Positions 40,330 through 50,150 of a stretch of 64,000 nucleotides of DNA are shown here, one piece after another. Each line of letters starts with the position of its first letter. Position 1 is the first letter of the stretch. The stretch comes from an uncultured Dehalococcoidia bacterium (GTDB lineage: Bacteria; Chloroflexota; Dehalococcoidia; Lucifugimonadales; UBA3495): NCBI GenBank assembly GCA_951813535.1, contig OX638345.1:664036-728035 (forward strand), read 5' to 3'. A program made the translations under genes and the position numbers. The notes under the pieces are model-generated. The model searched no databases and was not told the DNA's origin. It was given only the letters and a program-made list of their open reading frames with translations.

Positions 40330-41585
40330 AACTGAAGCCAGGGTGAAATGCGCAGAGGCATGGCGTAAATTGGGGTCAGTTGGGTTAGGTGGTTTCAGGA
40401 GTTGCGAGGGGTTGATGATGGGGGTCAGAGAGATAGAGCGGTCTCTGGAACAATGGCAGCGGGGGATCAAGGACTTGCGGAGGCGGATGCTGCTGGCGCC
40501 GACGCCCCGGGAGCGGGAACGGTGGTACGCCATCCTGCTCTTGGTCCAGGGCTTGACGGCGGCGGCGCTGGAGCGGGACCCTCACACCATCGGACGCTGG
40601 GCGTCGGCCTTCGGCGCGGGAGGGCCTGCGGGATTGATGTTCGAGCAGACCGGTGGTTCCCCCCCGCCCTTGACGAGGCGGAGCAGGAGGATTTGAAAAG
40701 GGCGGTGCAGGAGTCGCCGACCACCTCGGGCATGGAACTGGCCAACTGGTATTGGAAAGGGGTCAGGCAGTTCGTCTGCGAACGCTTCGGCGTTGAGTTG
40801 AGCCGTGGCAGTTGCTTGAACTGGCTGCACCGGTTGGGGTTCAGCTGCAAGCGGCCCCAGAAGCGCTTGGTCAAGGCCAATGGGTCCAAGCGGGAGGCCT
40901 TCGTGGCAGAGTATGCCGCCCTGAGGGTGGAGGCCCTGAGGGCGGAGGCCCAAGGGAGCGGAGGGAAGATATTCTTTGTCGACGCGGCTCACTTCCGGGA
41001 CGCGGCTCACTTCCGGGCGGACGCGGAACTGAGGGGCAAATGGGCGCTCCGGGGAGAACCGGCCCTGGTGGGCTCGACCAGCCCGCAGTACGGCGAGAAG
41101 GCCAGCTATTATTCGGCGGTGTGCCTGGAGACGGGCGAGGTGGAATGGATGGAACTGGAGGGGAACAGTAACTCCGGAACTTCGGTTGCCTTCTTGGAAC
41201 AGTTGCGCCAGAGGCCCGGCGGGCGTCTCAACGTGATCTGGGACAACGCGCCAGCCCATCGCGGAGAGGCGATGCGGTCGTACCTGAAGACCCCCGGCCT
41301 CAACCTGAGGCTGGTGCATCTGCCGGGCTGCAGCCCGGACTGCAACGCCGGTGAGGCCATCTGGGGCTGGGTCAGAGAGGAGGCGACTGGCAATCTGTGC
41401 CTGGGAAGCCGGACGGCGGTTCAGGCAAGGGTCGCCAGGTTCCTGGACGGCCTGGCTGGGCGGAGAGACGAGGTGAGACGCCGCTGCCGGACCGTCCTGC
41501 AATCAAGGGCCGAGGCACTCATGCGAGACCCGATGCCTGATTCCCAACACCCGGCAAATGCACATCCCACCTTGGCTTTGGTTTA
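40328..41585 (+). mobile_element. IS630-family insertion sequence
   Basis: Imperfect TIRs AACTGAAGCCAGGGTG / CACCTTGGCTTTGGTT flanked by duplicated TA (40328-29, 41584-85). The empty site reconstructs to CTAG. Confidence 0.9.
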
Positions 41586-41586
41586 G
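40415..41586 (+). CDS. IS630 transposase in two frames joined by a -1 shift at a C7 run (40659-40665); probably degenerate
   Basis: HTH ORF (PHTIGRW), then WLHRLGFS, IFFVD, IWDNAPAH, LPGCSPDCN..EAIW. The stop codon uses the target TA+G. Confidence 0.85.
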
Positions 41587-41609
41587 TATCGACTGGAGGT
41601 AGCGTCAAG

Positions 41610-41615
41610 TATAAT
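41610..41615 (+). promoter_or_regulatory. Consensus -10 (TATAAT) upstream of selB
   Basis: TATAAT 50 nt before the selB ATG. Confidence 0.55.
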
Positions 41616-41665
41616 GCGCCCAGCCTTGTGACGGGCAAATTAGCGACCCTTTCGGACTAGCCACC

Positions 41666-43531
41666 ATGTACGTCATCGGAACCGCCGGGCACGTCGACCA
41701 CGGCAAATCTACTCTAGTCAAAGCCCTGACCGACATTGATCCCGACCGCCTTCCCGAGGAGAAGGAGCGGGAGATGACCGTCGACCTCGGCTTCGCCTGG
41801 ATGACCCTCCCCAGCGGCCGTGAGGTCAGCATCGTGGACGTGCCGGGACATGAGCGGTTCATCAAGAACATGCTGGCCGGCGTCGGCGCCATCGACCTGG
41901 CCATGCTTATCGTCGCCGCCGACGAGAGCGTGATGCCCCAGACCCGGGAGCACCTGGCGATCCTCGATATCCTGCGCATCCGACGCGGGTTGGTGGTCAT
42001 CACCAAGGTTGACCTGGTCGATGAAGAATTGGTGGAACTGGTCAAGGCGGAGGTTGAGGACACTCTGATTGGTACCGCCTTCGAGGGTTGCCCCATGGCC
42101 CCCGTGTCCGCCTACACCGGCGAGGGCATCGATGACCTGAAGTCGATGATCGACGACATCCTGAACGACACCGAGACCCGCCGCGACCTGGGCCGGCCCC
42201 GCTTGCCCATTGACCGCTGCTTCACCGTCAGCGGGTTCGGAACCGTGATCACCGGCACGTTGATCGACGGCGCGGTGGCCGTGGGCCAGCAGATTGAGCT
42301 GGCTCCTTCCGGCCGGCAGGCGCGGATCCGCGGGTTGCAAAGCCACAAATCGCGCCTGGACGCGGCCGCGCCCGGGGTGCGACTGGCGCTGAACCTGTCC
42401 GGCATTTCCCGCGACGACGTCATGCGCGGCGAGGTGCTCACCAACCCGGGCTGGCTGCGGCCCACCCGCCGGTTCGACGCCAACCTGCGCATGGTGAAGG
42501 GCGCGCCCCACGCCCTGAAGCACAACGAGGGCGTGACCTTCCACCTGTTCACCAGCGAGACCACCGGGCGCGTGCGCCTGCTCGACGCCGACCGGCTCCA
42601 GCCGGGCAGCGAGGGGTGGGTGCAGGTCCTGCTCGACGACCCGGTTCCCATGGTGAAGGGAGACTTCTTCGTCCTCCGCTCATCCGAAGATACCCTGGGC
42701 GGCGGGCAGGTGGCCGACCCCAACCCCCGTCGCCGCCACCGCCGCTTCGCTCCTGAGGTGCTGGATCGGCTCACCACATTGGACGCCGGAGCAAGTGAGG
42801 ATGTCATACTGACCATCGCCGACCAGATGGGGCCGTGCGACCTCAGGACCCTGTCGCAACGCTCCAACATCTCTGAAGAGGAAATCCTGGAGCGCCTCGG
42901 CGTCCTGGTCGAATCGGAGGAGATCGTGGCGCTGGGCGAGATGGGCGTCCAGGGCGACGCGGTGGTCTACTCGCGGCGCGGCTGGGATATCTTGCGCAAT
43001 CAGGCTCAGGTCGCGTTGCAGGCTTATCACAACCAGTACCCACTGCGGCGCGGCGCGCCGCCCCAGGAACTGCGCAGCCGGTTGGGCGTCTCCCAGCCTG
43101 TATACCTGCGTGCCGCCGCGAGGCTGGCGGATGAGGGAGCAATCGTCGACGACAGCGGCGTGGTGCGGACACCGGACCATCGCGTCGAACTCGGCGATGG
43201 CCAGCAAGCCGAAATCGCCGATTACCTGGCCACCCTGGCTGCCGAACCCTGGTCGCCCCCGACCGATCGGCCCCTGGATCCGGAACTGCTGGCCCACCTC
43301 CAGGAGAGGGGTGACGTGGTGAAGGTCAACGAGACGGTGGTGTTCACCACCGCCGCCTACGAGGACATGGCCGGCCGCATCATTGGGCACCTGAACGCCA
43401 ACGGCAGCGTGACCGTGGCCGATGCGCGGACCATCTTCGGGACCAGCCGCAAGTACGTTCTGCCCCTGTTGGAGTACCTGGATCAGCAGCGCATCACTCG
43501 GCGCGTCGGTGATGAACGCGTGCTGCGGTAG
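41666..43531 (+). CDS. selB: Selenocysteine-specific elongation factor SelB
   Basis: IGTAGHVDHGKS, DRLPEEKEREMTVDLGF, DVPGHERFIKNM, C-terminal winged-helix SRKYVLPLLEYLD..TRRVGDER. Confidence 0.97.
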   Translation: MYVIGTAGHVDHGKSTLVKALTDIDPDRLPEEKEREMTVDLGFAWMTLPSGREVSIVDVPGHERFIKNMLAGVGAIDLAMLIVAADESVMPQTREHLAILDILRIRRGLVVITKVDLVDEELVELVKAEVEDTLIGTAFEGCPMAPVSAYTGEGIDDLKSMIDDILNDTETRRDLGRPRLPIDRCFTVSGFGTVITGTLIDGAVAVGQQIELAPSGRQARIRGLQSHKSRLDAAAPGVRLALNLSGISRDDVMRGEVLTNPGWLRPTRRFDANLRMVKGAPHALKHNEGVTFHLFTSETTGRVRLLDADRLQPGSEGWVQVLLDDPVPMVKGDFFVLRSSEDTLGGGQVADPNPRRRHRRFAPEVLDRLTTLDAGASEDVILTIADQMGPCDLRTLSQRSNISEEEILERLGVLVESEEIVALGEMGVQGDAVVYSRRGWDILRNQAQVALQAYHNQYPLRRGAPPQELRSRLGVSQPVYLRAAARLADEGAIVDDSGVVRTPDHRVELGDGQQAEIADYLATLAAEPWSPPTDRPLDPELLAHLQERGDVVKVNETVVFTTAAYEDMAGRIIGHLNANGSVTVADARTIFGTSRKYVLPLLEYLDQQRITRRVGDERVLR

Positions 43532-43562
43532 GCACCGCAGCCCCGTTCGCGATATAGCCACG

Positions 43563-44789
43563 ATGGCGTTGGATTTCGGCCAAACGGCCCGCCAGATGAT
43601 GTCCGCCATGGGCGGCCTGTCGTCGACGGCGAGGTCCCGCCGGCAAAGGTTCGCCGACACCCTGGACCGCGCGTCGGCGATAACCCCGGAAGAGGCCGCC
43701 CGGCAGACCGCATCGGCAGGCAGTCGACCCTTCATCGTGGCGCACACGGGGCCCGAGGGTCTGCTGGACAGCATCCCGCCGCCATCACCGCTCCGGGACT
43801 GGATGGCGGTGTCGGTTGACGGATCACACATCGACGTGGATCGCCACCTGCCCTTGCGGTGCTACCTGATCAACCTGGGCGGATGCGTCCTGACCTACGG
43901 CGCTAACCACGATTGCCAGTTTTTCAGCGAGCCCACCCTGGCCACCGGTGACGGCGACCTGTACCTGCGCCCTGACGACGGTTCAAACGCGGAAACTCCC
44001 GTCTCCGGCGCGCTGCTCGGAGCGCTGCGCACGGTGCAGGAGGTGGAGCGACTGGCCGACGCGGTCGAGGCGGCGCCACTAACCGTGCCCGTCCTGGCGC
44101 TGCTGGACGGTACCCTGGCCTTCTGGGATATCCAGCGCGGGAACTACCCCAGGTACGTGGTGGATACCCTGGTGAATGACCGCCTGCGCGGGGCGTTGGC
44201 GCGGCTGCGCGCGGCTTCCCGTGGTGGTCGTCCCGTGGCCCTGGCTGCCTACACCTCCCGCCCTCAAACCACCGAGGTGGCCGGAGCGGTGCGCGCATGC
44301 CTGTGCGTCAGCAACACAACCGAGTGCACCCGACGCTGCAGCGCGCGCCGTTCCGACCTTGCCCAGTGCGACAGCGCCGCCGGTTTCGACGACCGCGAAC
44401 TGTTCGACGTCTTGCTGGAACCGGGCCACCGCTCGCCGCTCTACCAGACCGGTCGCCGCGCGTCGCATTTCGCGCTGGACCTGGCGGTGGGCACCGAGTG
44501 GAGCCGGTTCTACTATGTGAACAGCGGCACCGAGGTCGCCCGCGTCGAGGTGCCCGACTGGGTCGCCGAAGACCCTGAATTGCTCAAGCTGGGCCACTCC
44601 ATGCTGATGAAGCAGTGTGAACTCGGCCTGGGGTATCCCGTGGTAATCTCGGAAGCCCACGAACAGGCCGTCGTCAGCGGACGTGACCGCGAGGAGTTTC
44701 GCAAGCTGGCTCTGATGCTGATGGAACAAAACGGGCTGCCTACCCCCGAATCGGCCAAGACCCTTTCGAAACGACTGCCCTGGGCGTGA
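43563..44789 (+). CDS. nurA: NurA-family 5'-3' nuclease
   Basis: SVDGSHI, LLDGTL, EVARVEVP, GYPVVISEAHEQAVV. Confidence 0.88.
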   Translation: MALDFGQTARQMMSAMGGLSSTARSRRQRFADTLDRASAITPEEAARQTASAGSRPFIVAHTGPEGLLDSIPPPSPLRDWMAVSVDGSHIDVDRHLPLRCYLINLGGCVLTYGANHDCQFFSEPTLATGDGDLYLRPDDGSNAETPVSGALLGALRTVQEVERLADAVEAAPLTVPVLALLDGTLAFWDIQRGNYPRYVVDTLVNDRLRGALARLRAASRGGRPVALAAYTSRPQTTEVAGAVRACLCVSNTTECTRRCSARRSDLAQCDSAAGFDDRELFDVLLEPGHRSPLYQTGRRASHFALDLAVGTEWSRFYYVNSGTEVARVEVPDWVAEDPELLKLGHSMLMKQCELGLGYPVVISEAHEQAVVSGRDREEFRKLALMLMEQNGLPTPESAKTLSKRLPWA

Positions 44790-44799
44790 GGTCAATGCT

Positions 44800-44901
44800 T
44801 TTGCATCGATATACAGGATTTACAGGATTTATTTGTTGAAAATTGCCAAGGTTTCCTATCCAGGACAAAAGCATCCTGCATATCCTGTGCATCGATGTCA
44901 G
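44800..44901. repeat. Palindromic intergenic element, subtype B copy 2
   Basis: TTTGCATCGATATACAGGATTTACAGGATT ... ATCCTGCATATCCTGTGCATCGATGTCAG, with an exact 9-bp tandem TACAGGATT. Confidence 0.8.
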
Positions 44902-44921
44902 TAAAACATGGAGGTTTCATT

Positions 44922-45407
44922 GTGGGTGAATTGAACGATCTGGCCGCGTCCGTCGCGGCTTTGCTGAAAGAGCGGGGCGACTCCCTCGCGGTATCGGAAT
45001 CTTCGTGCGGCGGCCTGATCTCGGCCGCGCTGGTTTCGATACCGGGGGCGTCCGATTACTACGTCGGCGGATCTGTGGTCTACACGCGGGTGGCCCAGAA
45101 GGGTCTGTTGCAGGTGCCAGACTCAGCCATGGAGGGTCATCGGGCCAGCACGGAATACTATGCCCTGCTGAACGCCCGAACCTCTCGGGAACGGTTGGAA
45201 ACCACCTGGGGCTTGGCGGAAACGGGGGCCAGCGGACCAACGGGTAACCGCTACGGCGACAACTACGGTCATGCCTGCTTTGGTGTCGCCGGACCGGTGG
45301 AACGCTCGCAGACGCTGGAAACCGGAAGCCCCGATCGCGAGGCAAACATGTGGGTCTTCGCGCGGACGGCACTGGCACTTCTGGAGGACGCGCTCAAAGC
45401 GGCGTAG
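44922..45407 (+). CDS. CinA C-terminal / PncC (NMN deamidase) family protein
   Basis: LAVSESSCGGLISAAL..PGAS.YY.GG.VVY, ETGASGPTG. GGAGG RBS before the GTG. Confidence 0.88.
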   Translation: MGELNDLAASVAALLKERGDSLAVSESSCGGLISAALVSIPGASDYYVGGSVVYTRVAQKGLLQVPDSAMEGHRASTEYYALLNARTSRERLETTWGLAETGASGPTGNRYGDNYGHACFGVAGPVERSQTLETGSPDREANMWVFARTALALLEDALKAA

Positions 45408-45433
45408 GGCAGGTGCGCCGTCGGGACGGCGCA

Positions 45434-46744
45434 TCACGGAGCGGTAGCGGCCAGGTACGCCTCCAGGTCGGCGACCGATGTGAACTGAGCGGCGGTGCGG
45501 AGAAAGTCGCCGAGGCTCGAGCTGCGCCGCCGCAGCTCTTCGATCTGCTGCCCTATGACGTTGATGCCGGCCGCGCCGGTGGTGGCGTAGGTGCCGTGAA
45601 AGGCGAAATAGGCCTGGTTCAGCTTGCGCAGGCGGTAACCGTGGGACACGAACTCGCGGCGCCGTTCCTCCATGTAGGCTTCGGCCTCGTCCACGTTGCC
45701 GGCGGCCAGCAATTCGTCGACGCGGATCCTCGTGGTACGCATCTCCTGGTGGAAGTCGAAGGCGGGCGGAACCTGGGACGGCGGGACTTCGGGTGGTGGA
45801 TGTAGATGTTCGCTGTTCCCCGGCAACTGGGGAACAATGCCGTCGAGGCGCTGCCTGGTCAGCTCCTCAATCTCCTTGCCGGCGATGTCGGCCACCGTCT
45901 CGTTCATCGTGGTAATGTCGCCACCCTGAAAGTAGCGGCGGCCCAGCGGGCGGAACCAGAGCCATTGGTGCACCCACTCGTGGGCGATGACCTCCAGCGC
46001 AAAATCCAGGCCCGCGTGAGGCGCGACAATGGATGGATACAGCGCGATGCCCCCAGTGTTCAGAACCAGCGCGGACAAGTCCGTTTTGTCTTCCACCTGC
46101 GTCTCGATGCGGTCCCGCACCTCGTTGGTCAGGCCGGTTCGCATGGTCACGTTGTCCTGTCGCTCAATGCGGTCGCGAGGAGAGGTGACCAGGATCGTAG
46201 GGGACTCGGACAACACCGTGTCCACCGGCGGGAACGGGCCGGTCCAGGCACGAAAGCCCAGCGATTCCAGCGTTGCCGCAATCGTAGTTTCCAGAGTCTC
46301 CTCAACCGCCGGGCGCAGGTCGTCGCGGCGAGCCCGGAAACGGTCCCGCCGCGCCTCGACAGAGGCGATGCTTTCCGTAATCTCGGGCGTAACCGGCGAT
46401 CCGGCCTGAAGCTCCAGCAGTTGCTGTTCCGCCGACCACAACAAGTGGCTGACCGCGAAAAATTCGTGCACTTCCGCCATCCGTTGTTCATGCCCCGAAC
46501 CTCCGGACGGGGCTGTTGGCGCCTCAAGCAGCCTCCGGATCCACTTGTCGGGAAGGTGGTCCAGCTCCCACACGGGCATGCTGAACTGGTAAGGTGCGGT
46601 CGCGGAGGTCACGGCGTCCCGCTCAAGACCATCGACGGGGAGGAGCGCGATACAAACACAGAACAGGACAACCACCCGCCAGTACGCACGTCTCCAGATC
46701 CGGAGGGGAAGGCGCCTGGCTGGGTTTGATGCGGGGTGAGTCAT
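45434..46744 (-). CDS. Membrane-anchored putative zinc metallopeptidase
   Basis: N-terminal TM, HEXXH (AHEWVH) plus downstream NET, C-terminal RKLNQAYFAFHGTY. Confidence 0.75.
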   Translation of the reverse strand: MTHPASNPARRLPLRIWRRAYWRVVVLFCVCIALLPVDGLERDAVTSATAPYQFSMPVWELDHLPDKWIRRLLEAPTAPSGGSGHEQRMAEVHEFFAVSHLLWSAEQQLLELQAGSPVTPEITESIASVEARRDRFRARRDDLRPAVEETLETTIAATLESLGFRAWTGPFPPVDTVLSESPTILVTSPRDRIERQDNVTMRTGLTNEVRDRIETQVEDKTDLSALVLNTGGIALYPSIVAPHAGLDFALEVIAHEWVHQWLWFRPLGRRYFQGGDITTMNETVADIAGKEIEELTRQRLDGIVPQLPGNSEHLHPPPEVPPSQVPPAFDFHQEMRTTRIRVDELLAAGNVDEAEAYMEERRREFVSHGYRLRKLNQAYFAFHGTYATTGAAGINVIGQQIEELRRRSSSLGDFLRTAAQFTSVADLEAYLAATAP

Positions 46745-46915
46745 AGGATAATCGTCGGTGGATCGTCGGCCGTGGTCAGCCTCAAAGGTGACGGGTGTCG
46801 CCTCCCTCTCTTGCCAAGATTGTAGCGAAGATCGGCATTCTGGCTCCGCAATGGCCCCGTCCGGGTGGGAGTGCTAGAATACCTCAGTGTCCCATCTTCG
46901 TCCTGGAGCAAGTCC

Positions 46916-47509
46916 ATGAGCACTTCATCATCATCGTCGTCACAGCGCCGCAAGCGGGTTTATACCAAGTACGGCGACCAGGGCGAAACCAGTTTGTTGT
47001 ACGGGGGCCGCGTATCCAAGGCCAACCCTCATACGGAAGCCTACGGGATAACCGACGAGGCGGTGAGCCTGATGGGTCTCGCCCGTGCCCTCACCGACGA
47101 CGACAAGGTCAAGAACATCCTGCGCGACCTGCAGCGGGAACTGTTCACCGTGGCCGCCGAGCTGGCCACCGACCCCGAGAAGTACGACCTGTTCCACCAG
47201 CACTTCACGCCCGTCACCGAGGAGATGGTGGACAAATTGGAAGAGATCATCGACGAGCTGGAGACGCACTTCCAGATGCCCCAGGTGTTCATCCTGCCGG
47301 GCGGAACGCCGTCATCGTCGGCCATGGACTCTGCTCGCACCGTGATCCGCACCGCCGAGCGGCGCGTGGTGGCGCTGGCCGAGGTCGGCGGCCTGACCAA
47401 TCCGCTGATCCTCGCCTACCTGAACCGCCTGGGTGACCTGCTGTTCGTGCTGGCGCGGTACCACGACCGGGAAATTCCCATCGAGCGGGCCACCGGCGAC
47501 CGGGTCTGA
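46916..47509 (+). CDS. PduO-type ATP:cob(I)alamin adenosyltransferase
   Basis: VYTKYGDQGETSL, AYGITDE, FILPGG, RTAERR, YLNRLGDLLF. Confidence 0.93.
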   Translation: MSTSSSSSSQRRKRVYTKYGDQGETSLLYGGRVSKANPHTEAYGITDEAVSLMGLARALTDDDKVKNILRDLQRELFTVAAELATDPEKYDLFHQHFTPVTEEMVDKLEEIIDELETHFQMPQVFILPGGTPSSSAMDSARTVIRTAERRVVALAEVGGLTNPLILAYLNRLGDLLFVLARYHDREIPIERATGDRV

Positions 47510-47516
47510 TCTTGCC

Positions 47517-48155
47517 ATGCCCTCGGCAGAGACCGGCGGCGCTCGTCTCGTGGTAATCGACTACGAATCCGGCAACCTGCGCAGCGTGGCGCGCGCGGTG
47601 GAAAAAGCCGGCGTCGTTCCGACCGTAACCTCAGATCCGGCAGCATTGGAGAACGCGGACGGTGTCATTCTGCCCGGCGTGGGCTCCGGCCCGGCCGCCA
47701 TGGCCGCGTTGCAGTCCCGGGGTTTGGTGAGCCCGTTGCTCGACTATATTGCCAGCGGACGGCCCTTCCTCGGAGTCTGCCTGGGCCTGCAGTTGCTCCT
47801 GGACGCCACCGACGAGGGCGACGCCGACTGTCTGGGCCTGGTGCCCGGCCGGGTCCGTCGATTGCCAAACGGCCTGAAAGTCCCGCACATGGGATGGAAT
47901 ACGGTGGAGTTCCAACAGGACCACCCGCTGTGGCAGGGCATCCCCCAGGACAGTCATTTCTATTTCGTCCACAGCTACTACGCCGATCCCGTCGCCCGAG
48001 CCAATGTGGCTGGGGTGACCGAGTACGGCGTCCCGTTCTGTAGCATCTACGCCCGGGACAACGTCGTCGCGACGCAGTTTCACCCCGAAAAGAGCGGTGA
48101 AAACGGCCTGCGCGTCTACGCCAATTTCATCGGGCAGGTCACGGCGCGAACGTAG
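47517..48155 (+). CDS. hisH: Imidazole glycerol phosphate synthase glutaminase subunit
   Basis: IDYESGNLRSV, LPGVG, GVCLGLQLL, PHMGWN, YFVHSY, QFHPEKS. Confidence 0.96.
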   Translation: MPSAETGGARLVVIDYESGNLRSVARAVEKAGVVPTVTSDPAALENADGVILPGVGSGPAAMAALQSRGLVSPLLDYIASGRPFLGVCLGLQLLLDATDEGDADCLGLVPGRVRRLPNGLKVPHMGWNTVEFQQDHPLWQGIPQDSHFYFVHSYYADPVARANVAGVTEYGVPFCSIYARDNVVATQFHPEKSGENGLRVYANFIGQVTART

Positions 48156-48198
48156 CTGAACGTCCGGTCCGGCCGGATGACCAGGGGTGACCCGCATC

Positions 48199-48918
48199 AT
48201 GGAAATCATTCCCGCTATCGACCTGCGCGGCGGCAACTGCGTCCGGCTGTACCAGGGCGACTACGAGCAGGAAACAGTCTTCTCCGACGACCCGCTGGGC
48301 GTCGCCGAACGGTGGCAGGCCGAAGGCGGACAGCGGCTGCATATCGTCGACCTGGACGGCGCGCACACCGGCAACCCCGCCAACCTCGCCGCGATCACGG
48401 CCATCACCGGCCGCCTGACCATACCGGTGCAGGTGGGCGGAGGTATCCGCAGCGTCGAGACCGCGGCTGGCCTCTTCGACGCCGGCGCGGCCCGCGTGGT
48501 GGTCGGAACCGCCGCCGTCGCGAACCCCGACCTGGTGGAAGAACTGTGCAAGCGCTTCGGCAGCGAGCGGGTGGTGGTCGCCCTGGACGCGCGAAACGGC
48601 CTGGTCGCCATTCGCGGCTGGACCGAACAGTCGGAGATCAGCGCCACCGAGTTGGCCGGGCGGATGCGCGATTTGGGCGTCGAGCGTCTGCTTTACACCG
48701 ACATCTCGCGGGATGGCACCCTGGAAGAACCGAACTATGAGGCCACGGCGGCCCTGGTTCGGGACAGCGGAATGCGAGTGCTGTCGGCCGGCGGAGTGGG
48801 CGCGGCATCCCACGTGGAGCAGTTGATCGATACCGGCGCTGAGGCCGCCATAATCGGGCGCGCTCTCTACACGGGCGACATCACCGTGACCGCAGCGTTG
48901 GCGGCAGCGCGAGGATAG
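48199..48918 (+). CDS. hisA: ProFAR isomerase HisA
   Basis: IIPAIDL.GG.CVRLYQG, LHIVDLDGA, QVGGGIR, YTDISRDG. Confidence 0.96.
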   Translation: MEIIPAIDLRGGNCVRLYQGDYEQETVFSDDPLGVAERWQAEGGQRLHIVDLDGAHTGNPANLAAITAITGRLTIPVQVGGGIRSVETAAGLFDAGAARVVVGTAAVANPDLVEELCKRFGSERVVVALDARNGLVAIRGWTEQSEISATELAGRMRDLGVERLLYTDISRDGTLEEPNYEATAALVRDSGMRVLSAGGVGAASHVEQLIDTGAEAAIIGRALYTGDITVTAALAAARG

Positions 48919-48948
48919 CCGGGAGCCCGATAGCCCCTTGTGAGCCGG

Positions 48949-49572
48949 TTAGACTACGGCGGCTGCCACCGCGTCGTCGTCGCCAACCGCGGCGCCGCCC
49001 CGTCGGTCCAGGTACTGCTGGCGCAGTTCCAGCCGCTCGGATGAGGTCTCGTCCCAATCGTCCCGGTGGACTTCCATCAGGATGAAGTCGTGGGACATCC
49101 GCCGGACGTTGCGCACCGGGTTGAAGCCCGAGCGTTCGAAGCATTTCTGCGCCCGGTGGTTCCACTCGAGCGTGTGCAGATACACCCGTTTGAGCCGCAG
49201 GTCGTCGAACATATGGTGCAGCAGCGTCACCACGGCGTCGTAGCCGTAGCCGCCGCTCCAGTAATCCCGGTCGCCGATGACGATGCCCAACTCGGCTTCC
49301 TTGGAAAGGCTGTCGAGATCGTAGTACATGCAGTTGCCGATGAACTTGCCCCCGGCAACCTCGATGGCGAAGTGATGCGAGCCCGGCGTGGGCCAGCGGA
49401 CCTGGTCCTCGAAGAGCTTGAGATACCGCTCGTACTTCATGGTCAGCGGGTAGGCGGCGTCCAGCCGGGCGATTTCCGGATCGCTGCGCCAGATGTAGTC
49501 CTTCTCGGCGTCTTCCATCCGCTTGCCACGGAGGAGCACGCGAACCCCCCGCAAAACCAGGTCCTTGCTCAT
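48949..49572 (-). CDS. RimJ/RimL-type GNAT acetyltransferase
   Basis: AELGIVIGDRDYWSGGYG, NHRAQKCFERSGF. Confidence 0.9.
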   Translation of the reverse strand: MSKDLVLRGVRVLLRGKRMEDAEKDYIWRSDPEIARLDAAYPLTMKYERYLKLFEDQVRWPTPGSHHFAIEVAGGKFIGNCMYYDLDSLSKEAELGIVIGDRDYWSGGYGYDAVVTLLHHMFDDLRLKRVYLHTLEWNHRAQKCFERSGFNPVRNVRRMSHDFILMEVHRDDWDETSSERLELRQQYLDRRGGAAVGDDDAVAAAVV

Positions 49573-50150
49573 TGCTCCGCGCCTCGCCGGTAGGAGTCGA
49601 TCAACGACCGGGCCGCTTCCAATACCTCACGCTCGTTGTCGTATTCGAGCAGTTCCACCGCCTCTTCGTAGCTCCACCATTCCACCACGTCGAATTCGGC
49701 ATCGTGGTCCGAGGTGCTGCCGCCCATGGGTTCCATGAGGTAGAAGTAGACGGTCTTGTCGTAGCGGATACCGTCGTCGTGGCCAACAAAGAAATACCGA
49801 ATGCTCGTTATGGGAGCCAGAACGTTGACGTGTACGCCGGTTTCTTCCTGAACCTCACGACGGGCCGTCTGCTCCACGGTCTCACCGCGCTCGGGAGTCC
49901 CCTTCGGCAGTCGCCAGGTCAGCGGCGCATCCTCGCCATGGTAGCCGGGACGCACCCGGGCGCACAGCAGCGTCTCGACCAGGTCGCCGGTCTCCCTAAA
50001 AACCAGTCCGCCGGCCGACACGACCTGCACGTTGGAGCGGGAGCCCATCGCGCACGGGTCCGAAACCGCAGGCATGGCGTCATCGTCAAAGCCAAAACCG
50101 GCGCTGGCAACGCGCGGTTCATCGTCTGGAAGAAGCGTAGGGTTGGTCAT
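49569..50150 (-). CDS. NUDIX hydrolase
   Basis: Nudix box LPKGTPERGETVEQTARREVQEETG. Confidence 0.92.
   Translation of the reverse strand: MTNPTLLPDDEPRVASAGFGFDDDAMPAVSDPCAMGSRSNVQVVSAGGLVFRETGDLVETLLCARVRPGYHGEDAPLTWRLPKGTPERGETVEQTARREVQEETGVHVNVLAPITSIRYFFVGHDDGIRYDKTVYFYLMEPMGGSTSDHDAEFDVVEWWSYEEAVELLEYDNEREVLEAARSLIDSYRRGAEQ

Noticed and set aside
41586-43560. tRNA-Sec or SECIS/selenoprotein near selB
   Set aside because: No cloverleaf or T-loop consensus in the flanks, and no ORF in the window showed a convincing in-frame UGA with continuing homology.
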